From assembly GCA_011109175.1 (NCBI GenBank), contig RDEW01000026.1:761695-825694 (forward strand): a stretch of DNA of 64,000 nt. The letters are read 5' to 3'. The notes under the pieces were generated by a model. That model searched no databases. It was not told the origin of the DNA and saw only the letters and a list, made by a program, of their open reading frames with translations. A program made the position numbers and the translations under genes. Origin of the DNA: Dicyema japonicum (Eukaryota > Animalia > Dicyemida). Below are positions 37,026 to 49,759 of this stretch, piece after piece (the first letter of the stretch is position 1; each line of letters begins with the position of its first letter).

Positions 37026-38999
37026 TAATTTTTTAATTAATTTTATACTTCCTTCCTCCATGTTTGTAAACTTCTATTCTGTCTTGTGTGAAAAGGTCAT
37101 GTGGGTCTCCTCCCAAATGTCTTTATGTCTTTTGCTGTAGTGAAAGATGTCTTGGGTTAACATAAGTGAAGTAATGAGAACATGATCAATGGGTATTTGC
37201 ACAACTGCTCAAATTGTCTTAGTATGTACCTTTCCTTTTCTGATCTTATAAAGTGGGTGGACAAAATAAAGAGTAACTTCAGAAGGACCAGGAACCCCCA
37301 ATTGTAATCTACGTTTGAATGAGGACACAGGAAAAACTTGATATATATGATCAGTCGTGACACTATATAAGACTACGCAGGTACTTTATCACTCCTGAGT
37401 AAGGAGAACATAAGTTAATAAAGTCATATTCAGTTATTTGTCTGATTGTAAAAATGATATTAATGTGCTATTACGGTTACAGTGGTAAATAAGGCCATTC
37501 AGGGCCACTGTATTAACTATTTTAGTTTGTATTATAATAAAGATCACTGACTGTTTTAAACAGAATCAATCGCTCATCGCCAAAATGTTAGAAAAGAAAG
37601 GGGATGACTAATTGAGCCTATTTCCCTGCAAATCGTCAGGAAAATCGGTTATCGATTACGAGAACTCATTTATAAATTTAAAAGAACATCAAGTACTGTA
37701 ACGTTTATTGTAGTGTGAGCGTAATGGCATGTGACATTATTAAAGAGTGCTCTTTTTAGACCACTAACCGATTCGTATCACCTTTCTCCATACTGGTGTC
37801 ATTTCTCTTCCAGTGTCGAATGTGGAGGTTTACATTCTACTTTTTAAGTTACCATCCAGAAAAGGATCCCGAATTATCTAAAACGTGAAATAAAAAACCG
37901 TGATCTCTCCCTTGCGCTATCCTACAAGTCGCTCGATAACCCTGATAAACTTTAATGTTTTAGGAGGTTGGCTGTAAGACATAACCCCCGTCACATAATG
38001 CTTTCTTATGAAGATTAACTGTAAGAGCGATTGAGCTTTTCTTCCTCAATTTCATTATTCAGACTTTCAAGCAAACAACATCCTTCAATAGCACGTCCTT
38101 CGTTGACTATTCCAAAATAGTCTTCCGCGAACCTTCTGGTGTGACCAATCCATATTTATGTTCTACTCAAGAGTGCTTCTGACCACCACAGAATTTATGC
38201 CCTTAGAGTGTCATCCACTTTGATGGACTCCAAACTATGCGATCTACGCGTGACTTCTAAGAAGCAATGGTTTATCGAAAAACACAGACAAAATGGAAGC
38301 ACGTTGCAAGATTCCGGAAGCTACGAAATCTACCAAACATTAATTTTCCGGCAAATTTTGCCATTCTGTTCCAATTGAATCACCCCCTAATTCCGCGACT
38401 ATATGATTAACGTGGGCACGGAGGACTTTACCGACGTTTGCCAACCAAGGACCGTCTGAAGAGAAACCTCCAAATGATTTGGGGTGTCTTGAAGAGAGAT
38501 AACTTAAAAAGACTAGGAGAGATGGCTCGCAAAACAAGTGGAGGAGGATGATGTTGTTAGCTTCTGTTTTCCTACTCCACTGGAGGGGTTGCCACAATGG
38601 CCAATATGGATGTAGGTGATGATTTGACAGGATGAGTTTCACTCCACCGTGGGAACCGTATATACCTTAGATTTTTGTAATAATCTGACAGAGCCACTAT
38701 TCACCTCAGCAAATGTCAAATGATCCTGGGGGTGATTTTTGATATGGACTTGTGTTTCTCACAACACATTCAAAATGTGGTAGGCGAATAAGACCAACGT
38801 AATTAAAAGTCTCTCAGGAATATGGAATATCACAAATCACTAGGAATTAGCTAAATTATCTAAAAGCAGTACATCGAACCATGACCTCCTGGGGGCCATT
38901 CATCTCCTGGCATGAAGATCGAACCTAGTCAGATATGGCATTCAAAGTAACAAACCGACAGATTTGAGGAAAGAACTTTTCTGGAATCTCTAATTCGTA

Positions 39000-41300
39000 A
39001 GAACCGTGGAGTTCTTCTGTGCAACTATGTCATTTTGTTATATACCCTACAAATGCTTTTGTGGCTAGGAGTATGTATTATCTAATCTCCAACATCCACT
39101 ACAAGCATGTAGTGCTCACTGAGGGATATAACAACTAAATGGGGATGTATAGACAAGACATAACAGTAGCCTAGAAGAGTTGGGTAGATCCCTTCAAAGT
39201 TAAGTTAGACGGTCTCCCTGTTCAACACTCGCGCTTACCAGCACAATTGTTGAAGAGGCTGATTCAACTACTGATTCGATTTATAAGCTCACAAGGAAAT
39301 TTATCTTCATCAATATACAAAGACCCGATCCATGGTTTCAAGAATCCGCTACTATCAACTTCCCACAACAATCAGGATATTTATATCTCCAATTGTTGTG
39401 GCCTCAGTTTGAAGACATTATCAGGGGGTCTTTCCCTAATCTCATGTGTTGGTTTGAAGACTCTTGATTTTGTGTTATTAATTTAGCTGTTTTGGATCTA
39501 TAATTACCCCAAAGTAGTAGGTGGGTTTCTTATTCTGTTGAAATGGGAGACTGAGTGGGTTAATTTCTTCCAATCGACATTCTTATAGTCCAACTTGTCT
39601 TTTTTTGTGAAAACTCTTCCTTTTAATGTAGAGTTGGGGTCACTCTTTAAGTCATAAACCAAAAACCAACTGACGAGAGGGGCGATACTACCAGAAGCGA
39701 GTGTTAATTCGGGGAAAGTAATACTATCTTTGTATCTGTACAGTGTTTTCGTGTTTATCACTCTATCGTTTAAAATTACTTCCAGATTTGCCAGTTGCTT
39801 GTTGAACTATGCCTGTGTTTTACGGAGATCTGCCAGTGAAAGTTGAAGTCCTTCGAACTAAAACTGGAAGGGGTTATACATATTCGTAACTGATTCAATG
39901 TTTATCCGTGGGGAGATGGGCGAGAGTATGCTGTCAATTTTGGTATTCACGCTGTAGATGATCACCCTCTTGACAAAAGTTATGAGTTCTACTCCGCTAC
40001 CGGACGGCGGTATTGTCGGATGACGTCATAACCAAGCAAGTTGGGAGATGGGGAAGAACGGGTAAGGCTGAAGACAAGTGATGATTATTGAGTATGGATA
40101 GAAATCGACGGACTTCAAGTATCTTCTACCTCGATGTTCAGTTGCATAAGGGTTAGGCTAAAATGGGGGATGGGATTCATTTTACGCCCCAATGATAATC
40201 AGGAGATAATAGGGTCAAGAGGGATGTCGTCTGAACTGCAATTAATTCACTCCATGGAAAACCATGCGTCTTCTTCTCTTATATGAAAGGTACTCTCGTA
40301 GGAATCGACCAGAACAATGGTCAAGGAATCCTGGGTTTCTGCAAACGACCAGGAAATCCATTTGGGGAAAAGTTATTATTGTGGGGAATCCCGAGTGGAC
40401 ACTTCATCGAGTTTCTCTTCAAAAATTCGAAAAGACACTTCCAGAAGACGATGGGATCGCTGGGAGTCTGGGAATTTCCAGAAGTTGGTATCACTTAGTT
40501 GGCTTTGATGCTTGGGTTCAAGGTTTTCTCTTTTCCATATTGGCAGTGTCCCTTAGTCCATGCCGGCATCACACGTGTCAGCATAAATTTACCCTTCTAC
40601 ATATTTTGTGATGAGTTTATACAGGCATCCATGTAATTGGCCTCAAGTCTCTGGGTTCTCAGAATCGGCCTTTTTCAGTCAGTACGAAATTAAAGCATTA
40701 ATCAAAGCACTCAAGATGCTCTGAGGTAAATCCAAATATCCTGCAAAATGTCTCCCAGCAACCTGACAGGTGTGTGGTGTTAATTTGAGCTTTTCAGTTG
40801 TCTCTCTAATTTATATTCGCATAGGATTCAGAAATCCTTCTGCCCGGCTAAACATCCGTCATTCCCGGGAACTGTGAAAATCATCTCCGTGCGTGAGGGT
40901 CTTTGAGTCGTTCCGCAATCGCATTTCCGATTTTGTCGATGACTCCTTTACTCATTTCCCATCAGCTCCTGAGGTTTTTAAGGCGACGGGACAAAGTGGA
41001 AATGATTTCCAAGAATTTCTTCAGTTTCCTCCGTTTGACAGAGTGGGAAGTTCCTCCGGCGCACTCAGAATGAGCTGAAGCAGTGAATGAACCACCAAGA
41101 AAGAATGGTTAAACCGACTAATTAGGTGATACCAATCTCCACCAGCGACCCAACTGCTTTTCGGAAGTATCTGTAGGGGAATTCCATTAGAGTACCCTCT
41201 ATGGTCAATTGGCAAGCTACTCTGTGAATGGGTTTCACCGCAGAGGAAAATTATCATTATATATTTATCATTAATATGACGAATCAAGGACACCGAGCGA
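39000..41300 (-). mobile_element. Degenerate LINE 5' half (APE and possible ORF1 remnants)
   Basis: LMQLNIE-type APE start near 40150 and DYKNVDWKK linker. Many stops. Confidence 0.55.
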
Positions 41301-42261
41301 GTGATCAGAATCAGTTTTAAAGCACTGACAAAGTGAACTCTTCTAATTCGGCCTGTCTAAGATCCCCCAAAAGTCATTTATTCCACATTTGTACGAAAAG
41401 ATACTTTGTCATATTGTCGATTTATCGATAGTCCACTATGACAAATGAATCAATACGACTAGAGAAAGTAGATTATCAGGAAAAGGAATAGTCTGGACAG
41501 AGCCTTTCCCCAAACACCCACCATCATTAAGAAATCTACGAGGTGAAGTAACTACAGAGATAATATAACAACTGGAAGTCACTATTTATATTTAAAATTG
41601 AATAATCTATTATTAAGGGTGCACACTAACCAGTCTGGATTAATCTCCCAATTGGTCGCCTGTTGTACTCTCAGCTAGTTCCGCTGATCAAAAGGGGTTA
41701 GTGAAAGACATTTCTTCCCAATGCTCCACCATCTCGCCACTTTGTACACCATTTATGGATAGCCATGATCCTCTCGCCATCAGACCAGAGAATGGATGAA
41801 CCCCCACAAGTCGCACATCTAAACGCACGTATCGATATAACATGCTCTTCGCCTCCCTTACCCATATAGATTGATCTCCCATTTTTCAACAGAATGAGCA
41901 AGGAAATAAACAGTTCAAACGGTTATTTTTTCGAAAAACGTCAAAATCTGGCACTTGAATAGACATCAGAGTACTTAAAGGTTAATAAAAAGCCTTTATC
42001 CACTGAGCATAACCTTACCCCAAAGACGTCGATTCTACAATAAAGTTATCTTGGATATGAAATAATCAATATTTAGAGTCAAATGAAACAATTAGCACAA
42101 CAACAATGTTACAATCAAACATGTCAAATTGATTAAATTCTATGGTTAAATGATAAATATTAAAAATATATAAACTATCGATATCCAACCTTAAAGTAAA
42201 ATAAATATTTAAACAAATATAAAATAAAAATTATTTAAATAAAAGCGTGTTTGAATCAGTG

Positions 42262-44371
42262 ATGACAAAGAATGGGTCCAATTTTGTGCTTTCTATCGGG
42301 AATGGCTGTAATAAATGCTCTTCCAAGGATGTTGTCAAAGTACTAAGCTGTCTCCACGAACTCTGCACGACTTGTCTACTTCGGCACTTTGACAAACTGC
42401 TTCTCTGTCCCATCTGCTCACATAACACAGGGGTAGTGCAATCCCTAACTCTTAGATAACCACAGCGGATGATTTACTGTCTCTCCCTAATGCTATTGTC
42501 ATTAATGCTAATTCTGGAGGAGACGATTGTTCTCTTCACCATAACATATTAACTCACTACTGTGTGTCCTGCCAAGTACGCAATAAACTCATTTAAGGTC
42601 CCCGTGTGTAAGGTCTGTGTTGATAGAGATCACATTGATATCCCCCACGTGGTTAGGTCTATATCAGAGACCTCTGACATGTTTGAACGCTGCTTGAATG
42701 TGGCACAGTCTGATTCTGTGAGGATAAAGACTTCTCTTCAAAATTCTATGACCGAGTCGGTCGATGTCAATGAAATAGCACGTGTGAGGAATGAAATTAT
42801 AGAGAGACACTCTCAGTTGGTACACTGTTTGGATTCAGTCCTGGTATGTGGTTTATTATTGTAGGCTGAGAAGTTGTCAAAATTGGAGGCCTTTGAGAGT
42901 GAGTTGGCGGGGATGAATTCAGTGAGGCTGGAGTGTCTCTCCAAATCGCTAAAGGAGAATGACCGTTGTTTGGAGACGTTCAAGATTGTGTTTCAGCATG
43001 CGTCGGATCTACAGAAGGTGACCTACAGCAGAATATTGGCGGCAAAAAATGAAGAAATTATAAAGACGAAGGAGGGGGCCAATATTCCCTCAATACATTT
43101 CTCGGTGAACTTCCCGGGTCTCCCGGAGTATGTCAAGTCAAAGTTTGGCGTCCTGGTTGGATCTTCATTATTATGCAGAAATATGAGACTGACGACTCAC
43201 AGACTGAAGTGAACTACCAACTTCCGAGGGATAACCCGTTACTAAAGTCAAATTCAACGGTGGAGTCTACTATGTGACCACAACATGTTCAGGGGAATGG
43301 TTGGTATCAGAGTCACTTGAATACTGACTTTTACAACGTCAATGCATATTCGGAGGCGTCTAGTGGTTATTTGGGGGGTTATGTGTAGATTCTCGGTATT
43401 ATAAGGGGAATAGGACGTCTAGACTGTCCACTATGGAGATTATATACAAGTTCGGACAGCTGGGGATGACTCAGATGTGTTTTAGTTCTCCTCATGGTTC
43501 TGTATGGGTGGAGGACACTCTGACGAGCAAATATTCATAGCAGACACGAATAATCACAGAATCCAGATATTTCGGGTTGACGGTTTGTTCGTGCACTCTT
43601 TTGGTGTCTCTGGTATGCTGATGTGTTATTGTAGGTCGTGGAGATGGTCAGATTTGGTACCCCAGGAAAGTAGCCTTTTTGAAGACAACCGGTTGTCTGG
43701 TTGTGTGTGACAGAGGGAGTGAACGATCTAGAATGCAAATATTTACGGTGGAGGGAGTTTTTGTGCGTAAATAATATACGTTATATTGATATTGTTGCTG
43801 GATTGGTGGTTACTTCATTTAGTGGTGGTATTACTATGACTGATGGGGGTAAATTTGACTCTTCTGGTAAATTAGTGTCTGTTACATTTAGAGGTTATTG
43901 TGGCTGTGGATAGTGTTTCCCCCACTGTGTTTATTATATCAGAAAAGGGGGATTTGCTTAGATGGTTTGACTGCAGTGACCACATGAAGGAACCTTCTGA
44001 TATTATCGTGCACAATGACTTATTTTATATTTGTGACTTTAAAGTACCTCTGTTTGTGATTGCAGGGACATTCTGTGGTTGTATTTAATACTAAGGGTAA
44101 GTTTGTGCAGAAGATTGGTAACGAGAATATTACCAACTTTCCTAATGGAATTGATATTTCGGTTACTGGGGATATTCTTGTTGGGGATTCACATGGCAAT
44201 AGATTTCATGTTGCTGTCTTTTCTATGAGTGGGGATTTGATTACGGAGTTTGAGTGTCCCAAGGTCAAGGTCAGTCGGTGTTGTGGTCTCAAGATTACTT
44301 CTCAGGGTTATATAGTCACGTTGGCTAAGAATAACCACCATGTTTTGGTTCTTAATCGTCTCTTTATATAA
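42262..44371 (+). CDS. mei-P26: TRIM-NHL protein of the Mei-P26/NHL-2 type (RING, B-box, coiled coil, NHL), many short introns
   Basis: [21 protein letters not shown] and B-box [15 protein letters not shown]-terminus [73 protein letters not shown] matches the Mei-P26 signature. Confidence 0.88.
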
Positions 44372-44653
44372 TTTTTATTATTTTCTTTTTTTGATTTTAT
44401 AATTGTTTTTATTGTTTATTCATGACATTAATTGATATTTATTTCCTTACCATTAAATAGCGATAATCAATAATCTATGAGTGACAATTTATCTGCCAGA
44501 GTAGTCCGAAACTCAATATTATAAGGACAGTTTTAACGCTAACATGTAGGAAATTAAGACAGGATTCAAGTAATCAAAAGATTGGATGGGTTAGCTCTTT
44601 ATTTCAAGCAGGTCACTCAGAGGTAGGATTTTAGTTTTTTAGTTTAATTTCCC

Positions 44654-44955
44654 TAGTGGTTAGGTGTCGGGCTTAAGTGGCTTAGGCTACGGGTTCGAAT
44701 CTCGCTGCTGTTCACCTGGTGGAAGGTTCCACGCATCTACGATGCAGAAATGGTTTGACGAGTGACGCCGTCATCAGTGAATACTCACTGCGGAACTGAT
44801 TTGTCTAGAAAGGACACTCACACAAGAAAAAGAAAAAAAAGAAGTGAAGATCATTCCTTGGTTCTACGATTAGTTAAAATTAACTGTTCTTTACTTAAAT
44901 AAAGTGTGTGTCCTGCCTATGCGGAGCTATAAAATACTATGGCTCTCGTGAAAAA
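44654..44955 (+). mobile_element. tRNA-derived SINE copy
   Basis: TAGTGGTTA..GGGTTCGAATCTC head; body matches 1768-2053; tail GCGGAGCTATA..GCTCTCGTGAAAAA. Confidence 0.8.
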
Positions 44956-45999
44956 GGCGCTTTATTATTATTATTAATTATTATTAGTTTTAATTTCCCA
45001 AAGGGTATTCTTTCAAACCGCTCGTTATAGCTTTTAATACTGAATTTTGAATCTACTACACCTTTTGTAAAAGGGAGAGTGCTACTATGTATGGGCCTAG
45101 CTTTGGGAGCATAATTTAGTGTCGTTCTAATGAATTTTTTGTATTATAACGTAACAATTTTTTGTTGGCTGTTCAAGTGGCCAGCTACTACTTGAGAGAT
45201 CTTTAATTTTAGTTTTGCATTGAGACAGGTTGTCTATTTCGATTTCCAGAACCCAAAAATGCCACACAAAGTTCACCTTCAGATTCTGCTAAAGAGGAAC
45301 GTCATGTGAACAGGAAAGAAGTTGGAAACATTATGAAACATCTTAAACTTCTGGCTGCTGTTGTGAGATACATAATCACTAGGGTGATTTTTGTCAATAA
45401 AGTCAAAAATTCATATGTTCTTTAAAATTGCATAAAACTTATATTGAATTTTTCGTCTAGGAAAAATTCAAACATCCCTCCAAAGATTTTATTACTATTC
45501 ACAGGTGCTACTGTAAAAATATCTGATTTTCTCATTCCATCTGCCTACTCTATGATAATGAGGTCACTAATGCTTACTCGAATATGATTTTCTTGCATAA
45601 GTTGAATATTATAGTTTACAAAGCTTGTTTGAGATTTTATTATTGTTTTACTTCTTTTTGTGCAAAAGTGTAGAAAATTTATGCCAAAGGTAGGACCGGA
45701 ACTATTTTTGAGTCTTTTTACATGCATTTATTCTAGAGTTTAAAAAAATTGATTTGATTTATGAAATCGATATAAATATATGTGAATACATAATAAATTT
45801 TTTTCCATATTTAAAAAAAATTTTTAAACATGATAGTCAAAATTTTAAATATTTGAAGTCGATTTTTTGGTCAAATTTCGGATTTATGAAGTGAAAAAAA
45901 TCGCCAAAATGATCACCTAGTTGGGTTAACTCCATTCTTGTAGTCCCGTTTATTCAAAATTGAATAAAATAATTTTATTATTTATATTAAACAACTGAC

Positions 46000-46300
46000 A
46001 GCGACTTACTCTCCTGGAGATGCAGCCGACCAAGCGGAGGCCAGAAGATCCGTAAATACGAATTCCTCGGAGACCAGTACCATTTCACCCCCATTAATGT
46101 GGAGACAACTGGAACCGTGGGAGCGAAGACGGACGCCTTTCTATCCAGCATAAAAAGCAAACTCGCCGCAAAAAGGTGTGACCCAGGGGATAGGCTCTGG
46201 TTAGAAGCTCGAAATGGCGATTATCAGAGGTAACGCCTTCGCCAATCTGTCGTCCTAGTTATTTATAATTTTAATATTTGTTTTAAAATAAATGAGTCAC
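46000..46300 (+). mobile_element. CRE-like retrotransposon 3' fragment
   Basis: AADQAEA..KYEFLGDQYHFTPINVETTGTVG...AIIRGNA. Confidence 0.7.
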
Positions 46301-46329
46301 ATATAAAAATAATACAATTAATATAAGGA

Positions 46330-46900
46330 ATGCTAAACAGCATATATGGATGGCTGTGGGAAAATCGATTAAATGCATGTTCCGGAAAGTCAGCAGTGAT
46401 TCAATTCACTAAGAATAGGAAGATGGGAACGCAAACAATTGATATCACGTTAAATGGAGCCTATACCTCAAAAGAAATCGCAGAAGATTCTGGAAGTAAC
46501 TTTTGATACATTCCTCTGCTTCTCAGCCCATGTGGAATGCATCATATCAACTTGTGCAAAGAAAATCAATTTTGTAAAAGCCTTCCTTTGGAACTGTGGA
46601 GGAATTTATCCACCAGGTGTCGGGACCCTCTACAACAGTATATCAAGCCAACACTAGACTATGCATGTACTGCGTGGGTATCTAACCTGGCGGCAACGAA
46701 CCTAATAAAAATTCAAGAGATCCAGTCAAAAGCAATCAATTTACTGGAAAAAATATACAGAGAAATTGTCCCCAGAACACTTGAGTCTATCATAGAGACA
46801 ACTTCAGAAGAGGAGGGATAAAAGACCCCCGTCCGTATAGAAAAAGTGTGGAGGTTACGGTCGGAGCATCGAGAAAAGATGATTATTGAGAGATGCCGGG
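46330..46900 (+). mobile_element. LINE RT C-terminal fragment
   Basis: VTFDTFLCFSAH and YIKPTLDYACTAW motifs. Confidence 0.65.
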
Positions 46901-46978
46901 ATCACCTGAATATTAGTGGTTAAGACGGTGTTTTTTGGCTTAAATAATAATAATCTATGAACGTCAATAGCTTGTTAG

Positions 46979-48008
46979 TCATTTGTGGTCGACTGGTTGG
47001 AAGGCCTTTGCAACTTTACTCCGGGCTTCATATAATTTATAAGGGATATTCTGCTCTTCAGTAGTTCTGTGGAGGGTGATGTTCTAGTAATCAGTCAGTA
47101 ATACTATATTCTTAAAGTAGCGTCTCAACTCGGAGTCGTATATGGCCACAGACATGTAGTAATGCACTGACAAAAATTCGTTGTCCTGAGTCGGACTCAA
47201 GTCAAGTCCTCCCAGGAAATCTGAAGGGGATCTCAACGTCTTTAGTAATAATAGGGGATAACCTATGCAAGGACACCCTTCAACTCTAATGCAGTTTACT
47301 TGATTTTGTCCCCAAAACTTGTGTCTGACTAGTAAATCATAAAATTAGACCAAAGTTGACAATCTCCTCCTTACATAATTCCATCTCCACACGTGAAATG
47401 GACTTTGTGTAATATGTAAAGGTCAGGGTACCATAAATCAGCTTATTTATGTCGAGACTGGAATAACATAACAGCAAACTGAGGGAGTTGAAGTCTCATG
47501 GTCATTTCAATCACATCCTTCAGAGAAACCACCTTAGTCACTTCCGATCCTGGATGTAGGAGTGGGTATGTGAATGGCAACAGGATAATCCGCACAATAT
47601 CCACAATCTTTTGACCCACACAGAGTCTGACCGCATGACTGCGTGACCACAGCAAATTATACTTAAAGTAGCCAATAACCCCGGAATAGGACTCATTCTC
47701 GACTGAGTTAGTCTCCAATTCGAACTGGAATGAGGTTCTGTCATCCATGCCTCCATCAGACAAAGTGATGGAGGACACTGTCGTGCTGAAACTCCCACTG
47801 ATTTGTGACCCTAAAATGAATGTGATAATACCGATATGGTAACCAATTGAACTTCAATTCCCCCGTGGACAAATGATGGTGAGTTGATTTTGACCTCAAT
47901 TAACCGATAAACAAACCTTCTCCCACGATGATATCCCCTTGTAGAAATGGGATCTCCATTATACGCCCTCCGTCCTGTCGTGGTCTTGGATTGACAGCTG
48001 GACTTCAT
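46979..48008 (-). CDS. VPS26: Retromer subunit VPS26-like, divergent (start approximate; two apparent homopolymer frameshifts)
   Basis: AYNGDPIS, HGGIEVQL, SFQFE..ESYSG, ISRVEMELCKEE, EGCPCIDVEIPFR and FLGGLDLSPT..SVHYY..DSELRRYFK are colinear with VPS26A FYDGESVS, HQGIRIEF, ESYIG, MELQLIKKE, DGAPVKGESIPIR and RRYFKQ. Confidence 0.75.
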
Positions 48009-48245
48009 TCTTTGAAAGACAGCTTCTTGATAATCTACTTTTAATGGGCAACAACAACATTCATTACAAAAAATTATAATTTAAATTATTAATAACAAAT
48101 CTATAAAAATAAATCAATAGTTAACCTACGGTCTCGGAAACTGAACCCTTCCTATGTCACTCACGAGTCCATCCAGAACCAGCGGAATGGGAAGAAATAT
48201 CTACTCCCTAGAGGATCCCAGAGGACTAGGGGAGAAGGACATATT

Positions 48246-48470
48246 GAATCCTTAGATAAATCCTTTTCGTGACACATTAGGTTACCTGAGACCGGTGGAT
48301 GAGTATAACCTATACGAAGCCACTCGAGGCAACCAAGTGAGGAAATTAACCAGATGGGAAAATAACTAATCCTTAGAGGAACCCATTTCGTGACAAACTG
48401 GATTACCTGAGACCGGTGGATGAGAAAATATCGAATCCTTAGATAAACTTAACGAATCAAGGCAACAAAG
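48246..48470 (+). repeat. Imperfect tandem repeat, period about 122 bp
   Basis: TTACCTGAGACCGGTGGATGAG twice, (G)AATCCTTAGA three times and AGGCAAC.AAGTG.GGAAAT twice. Confidence 0.75.
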
Positions 48471-48561
48471 TGTGGAAATGGTAGTATTATATTCTCATAG
48501 GGCATTTGCACTGCTAATTGGAGGATTGTCAATATAATAACAATATACATAGTGGTCGTCA

Positions 48562-49569
48562 ATGGATAATATATTGATTATATCCCACGCCATTTATATA
48601 TCTATACAATACAAGGTAACTGAACATGTCCATCTATATCCTTGGAAAACAAGCAAAATTCAAGATCCTTTTGATTTTGTTGATATTGACACTATGCTGG
48701 ATGATATCGATTCACAGGGAGGTTTATTTCTGCATTATTTTGAGAATTTGACTGTTGAAATACGATCTGAGGAAAAGTTCGTGCTTATCTCGGCTTACTA
48801 CAGCATCGGGAAGTTCATGAAGCCGGAAAACAAACCGAGGACTCCGAATGACTACTACAAGTGGATGAAGAAGTTCAGATTCCTCAACAATCATCTTGTC
48901 TTCTTTTCCGACAGCCAGGAAACTCTGGACTACATGGCTCTCGTGCGAAAAAACAAGACCACAACCTTCATCTTACTGGACAGGCATGAACTCATTGGCT
49001 TCAAAAATATAGAAAAGATAAAGCAAATATTCAAACTCCCAGGATTTGGTCTCTATCCGGAGGAGACAGGGAACTACAATTATTCGGCTATAATGCACTC
49101 AAAGCACGACATGGTCAGACGGGCCATCAACCTCTTCTCAAACCAGTCTTTGATCTTCGCATGGATCGATATCGGACTGTTCAGATTTACTCATCCAGTG
49201 AAAACTTTTGAACTGAAGGGAAGTGCTTTTATAGACAAGACACGTGTCATGCTATCTCAGTCGTTCCCATTTAAAGATTTGCCGATTGAATCTATTATAA
49301 AGAATGCCCGCACGTGGGTATCCGGGGCTATAATGGTTGGACATGCAGATGTTATGCTCAACTTTTGTAACGTGTATGGTGAGTTCTTTCTAAGACTACT
49401 TTCGATGGAACTGATCGCAACAGACGAACAGGTCATCTACGCCTTGTATTCGAGTGAGGGGAGGAGAATATTCAAAAATTCAGCTAAAATAAGTGTATTC
49501 CAATGTGACTATTTTGGTCTTTACCTCCTTTTTACTAAAGTACCCTCATTCGACAAGTGCCCCATATAA
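48562..49569 (+). CDS. HtrL/YibB (WlaTC-like) putative glycosyltransferase family protein, intronless ORF, 335 aa
   Basis: LISAYYSIGK, R...DYYKW, LVFFSDS, Y.AIMHSK..VRRAI, FAWIDIGLFR, SGAIMVG and DEQV follow the HtrL_YibB pattern. N-terminal hydrophobic anchor. Confidence 0.65.
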   Translation: MDNILIISHAIYISIQYKVTEHVHLYPWKTSKIQDPFDFVDIDTMLDDIDSQGGLFLHYFENLTVEIRSEEKFVLISAYYSIGKFMKPENKPRTPNDYYKWMKKFRFLNNHLVFFSDSQETLDYMALVRKNKTTTFILLDRHELIGFKNIEKIKQIFKLPGFGLYPEETGNYNYSAIMHSKHDMVRRAINLFSNQSLIFAWIDIGLFRFTHPVKTFELKGSAFIDKTRVMLSQSFPFKDLPIESIIKNARTWVSGAIMVGHADVMLNFCNVYGEFFLRLLSMELIATDEQVIYALYSSEGRRIFKNSAKISVFQCDYFGLYLLFTKVPSFDKCPI

Positions 49570-49759
49570 ACATATTTGATATAAAATATTTAATTGACAT
49601 TTTCTAAAATAATTTAATATATTATGGGTTATTATAAACAAGGTATTGGGCACATTCGAGTCCCAACAAAAATAAATAAGGTTATGGTTGATTGATAATC
49701 GAGTTAATGACCGTCATGTGTGGTTACTTTAGTTATAATTTTAGTACTCATTCTGTTAT

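Noticed and set aside
44654-44720. tRNA gene
   Set aside because: A and B boxes are present, but there is no cloverleaf or acceptor stem, and the sequence continues into a repeated SINE body.
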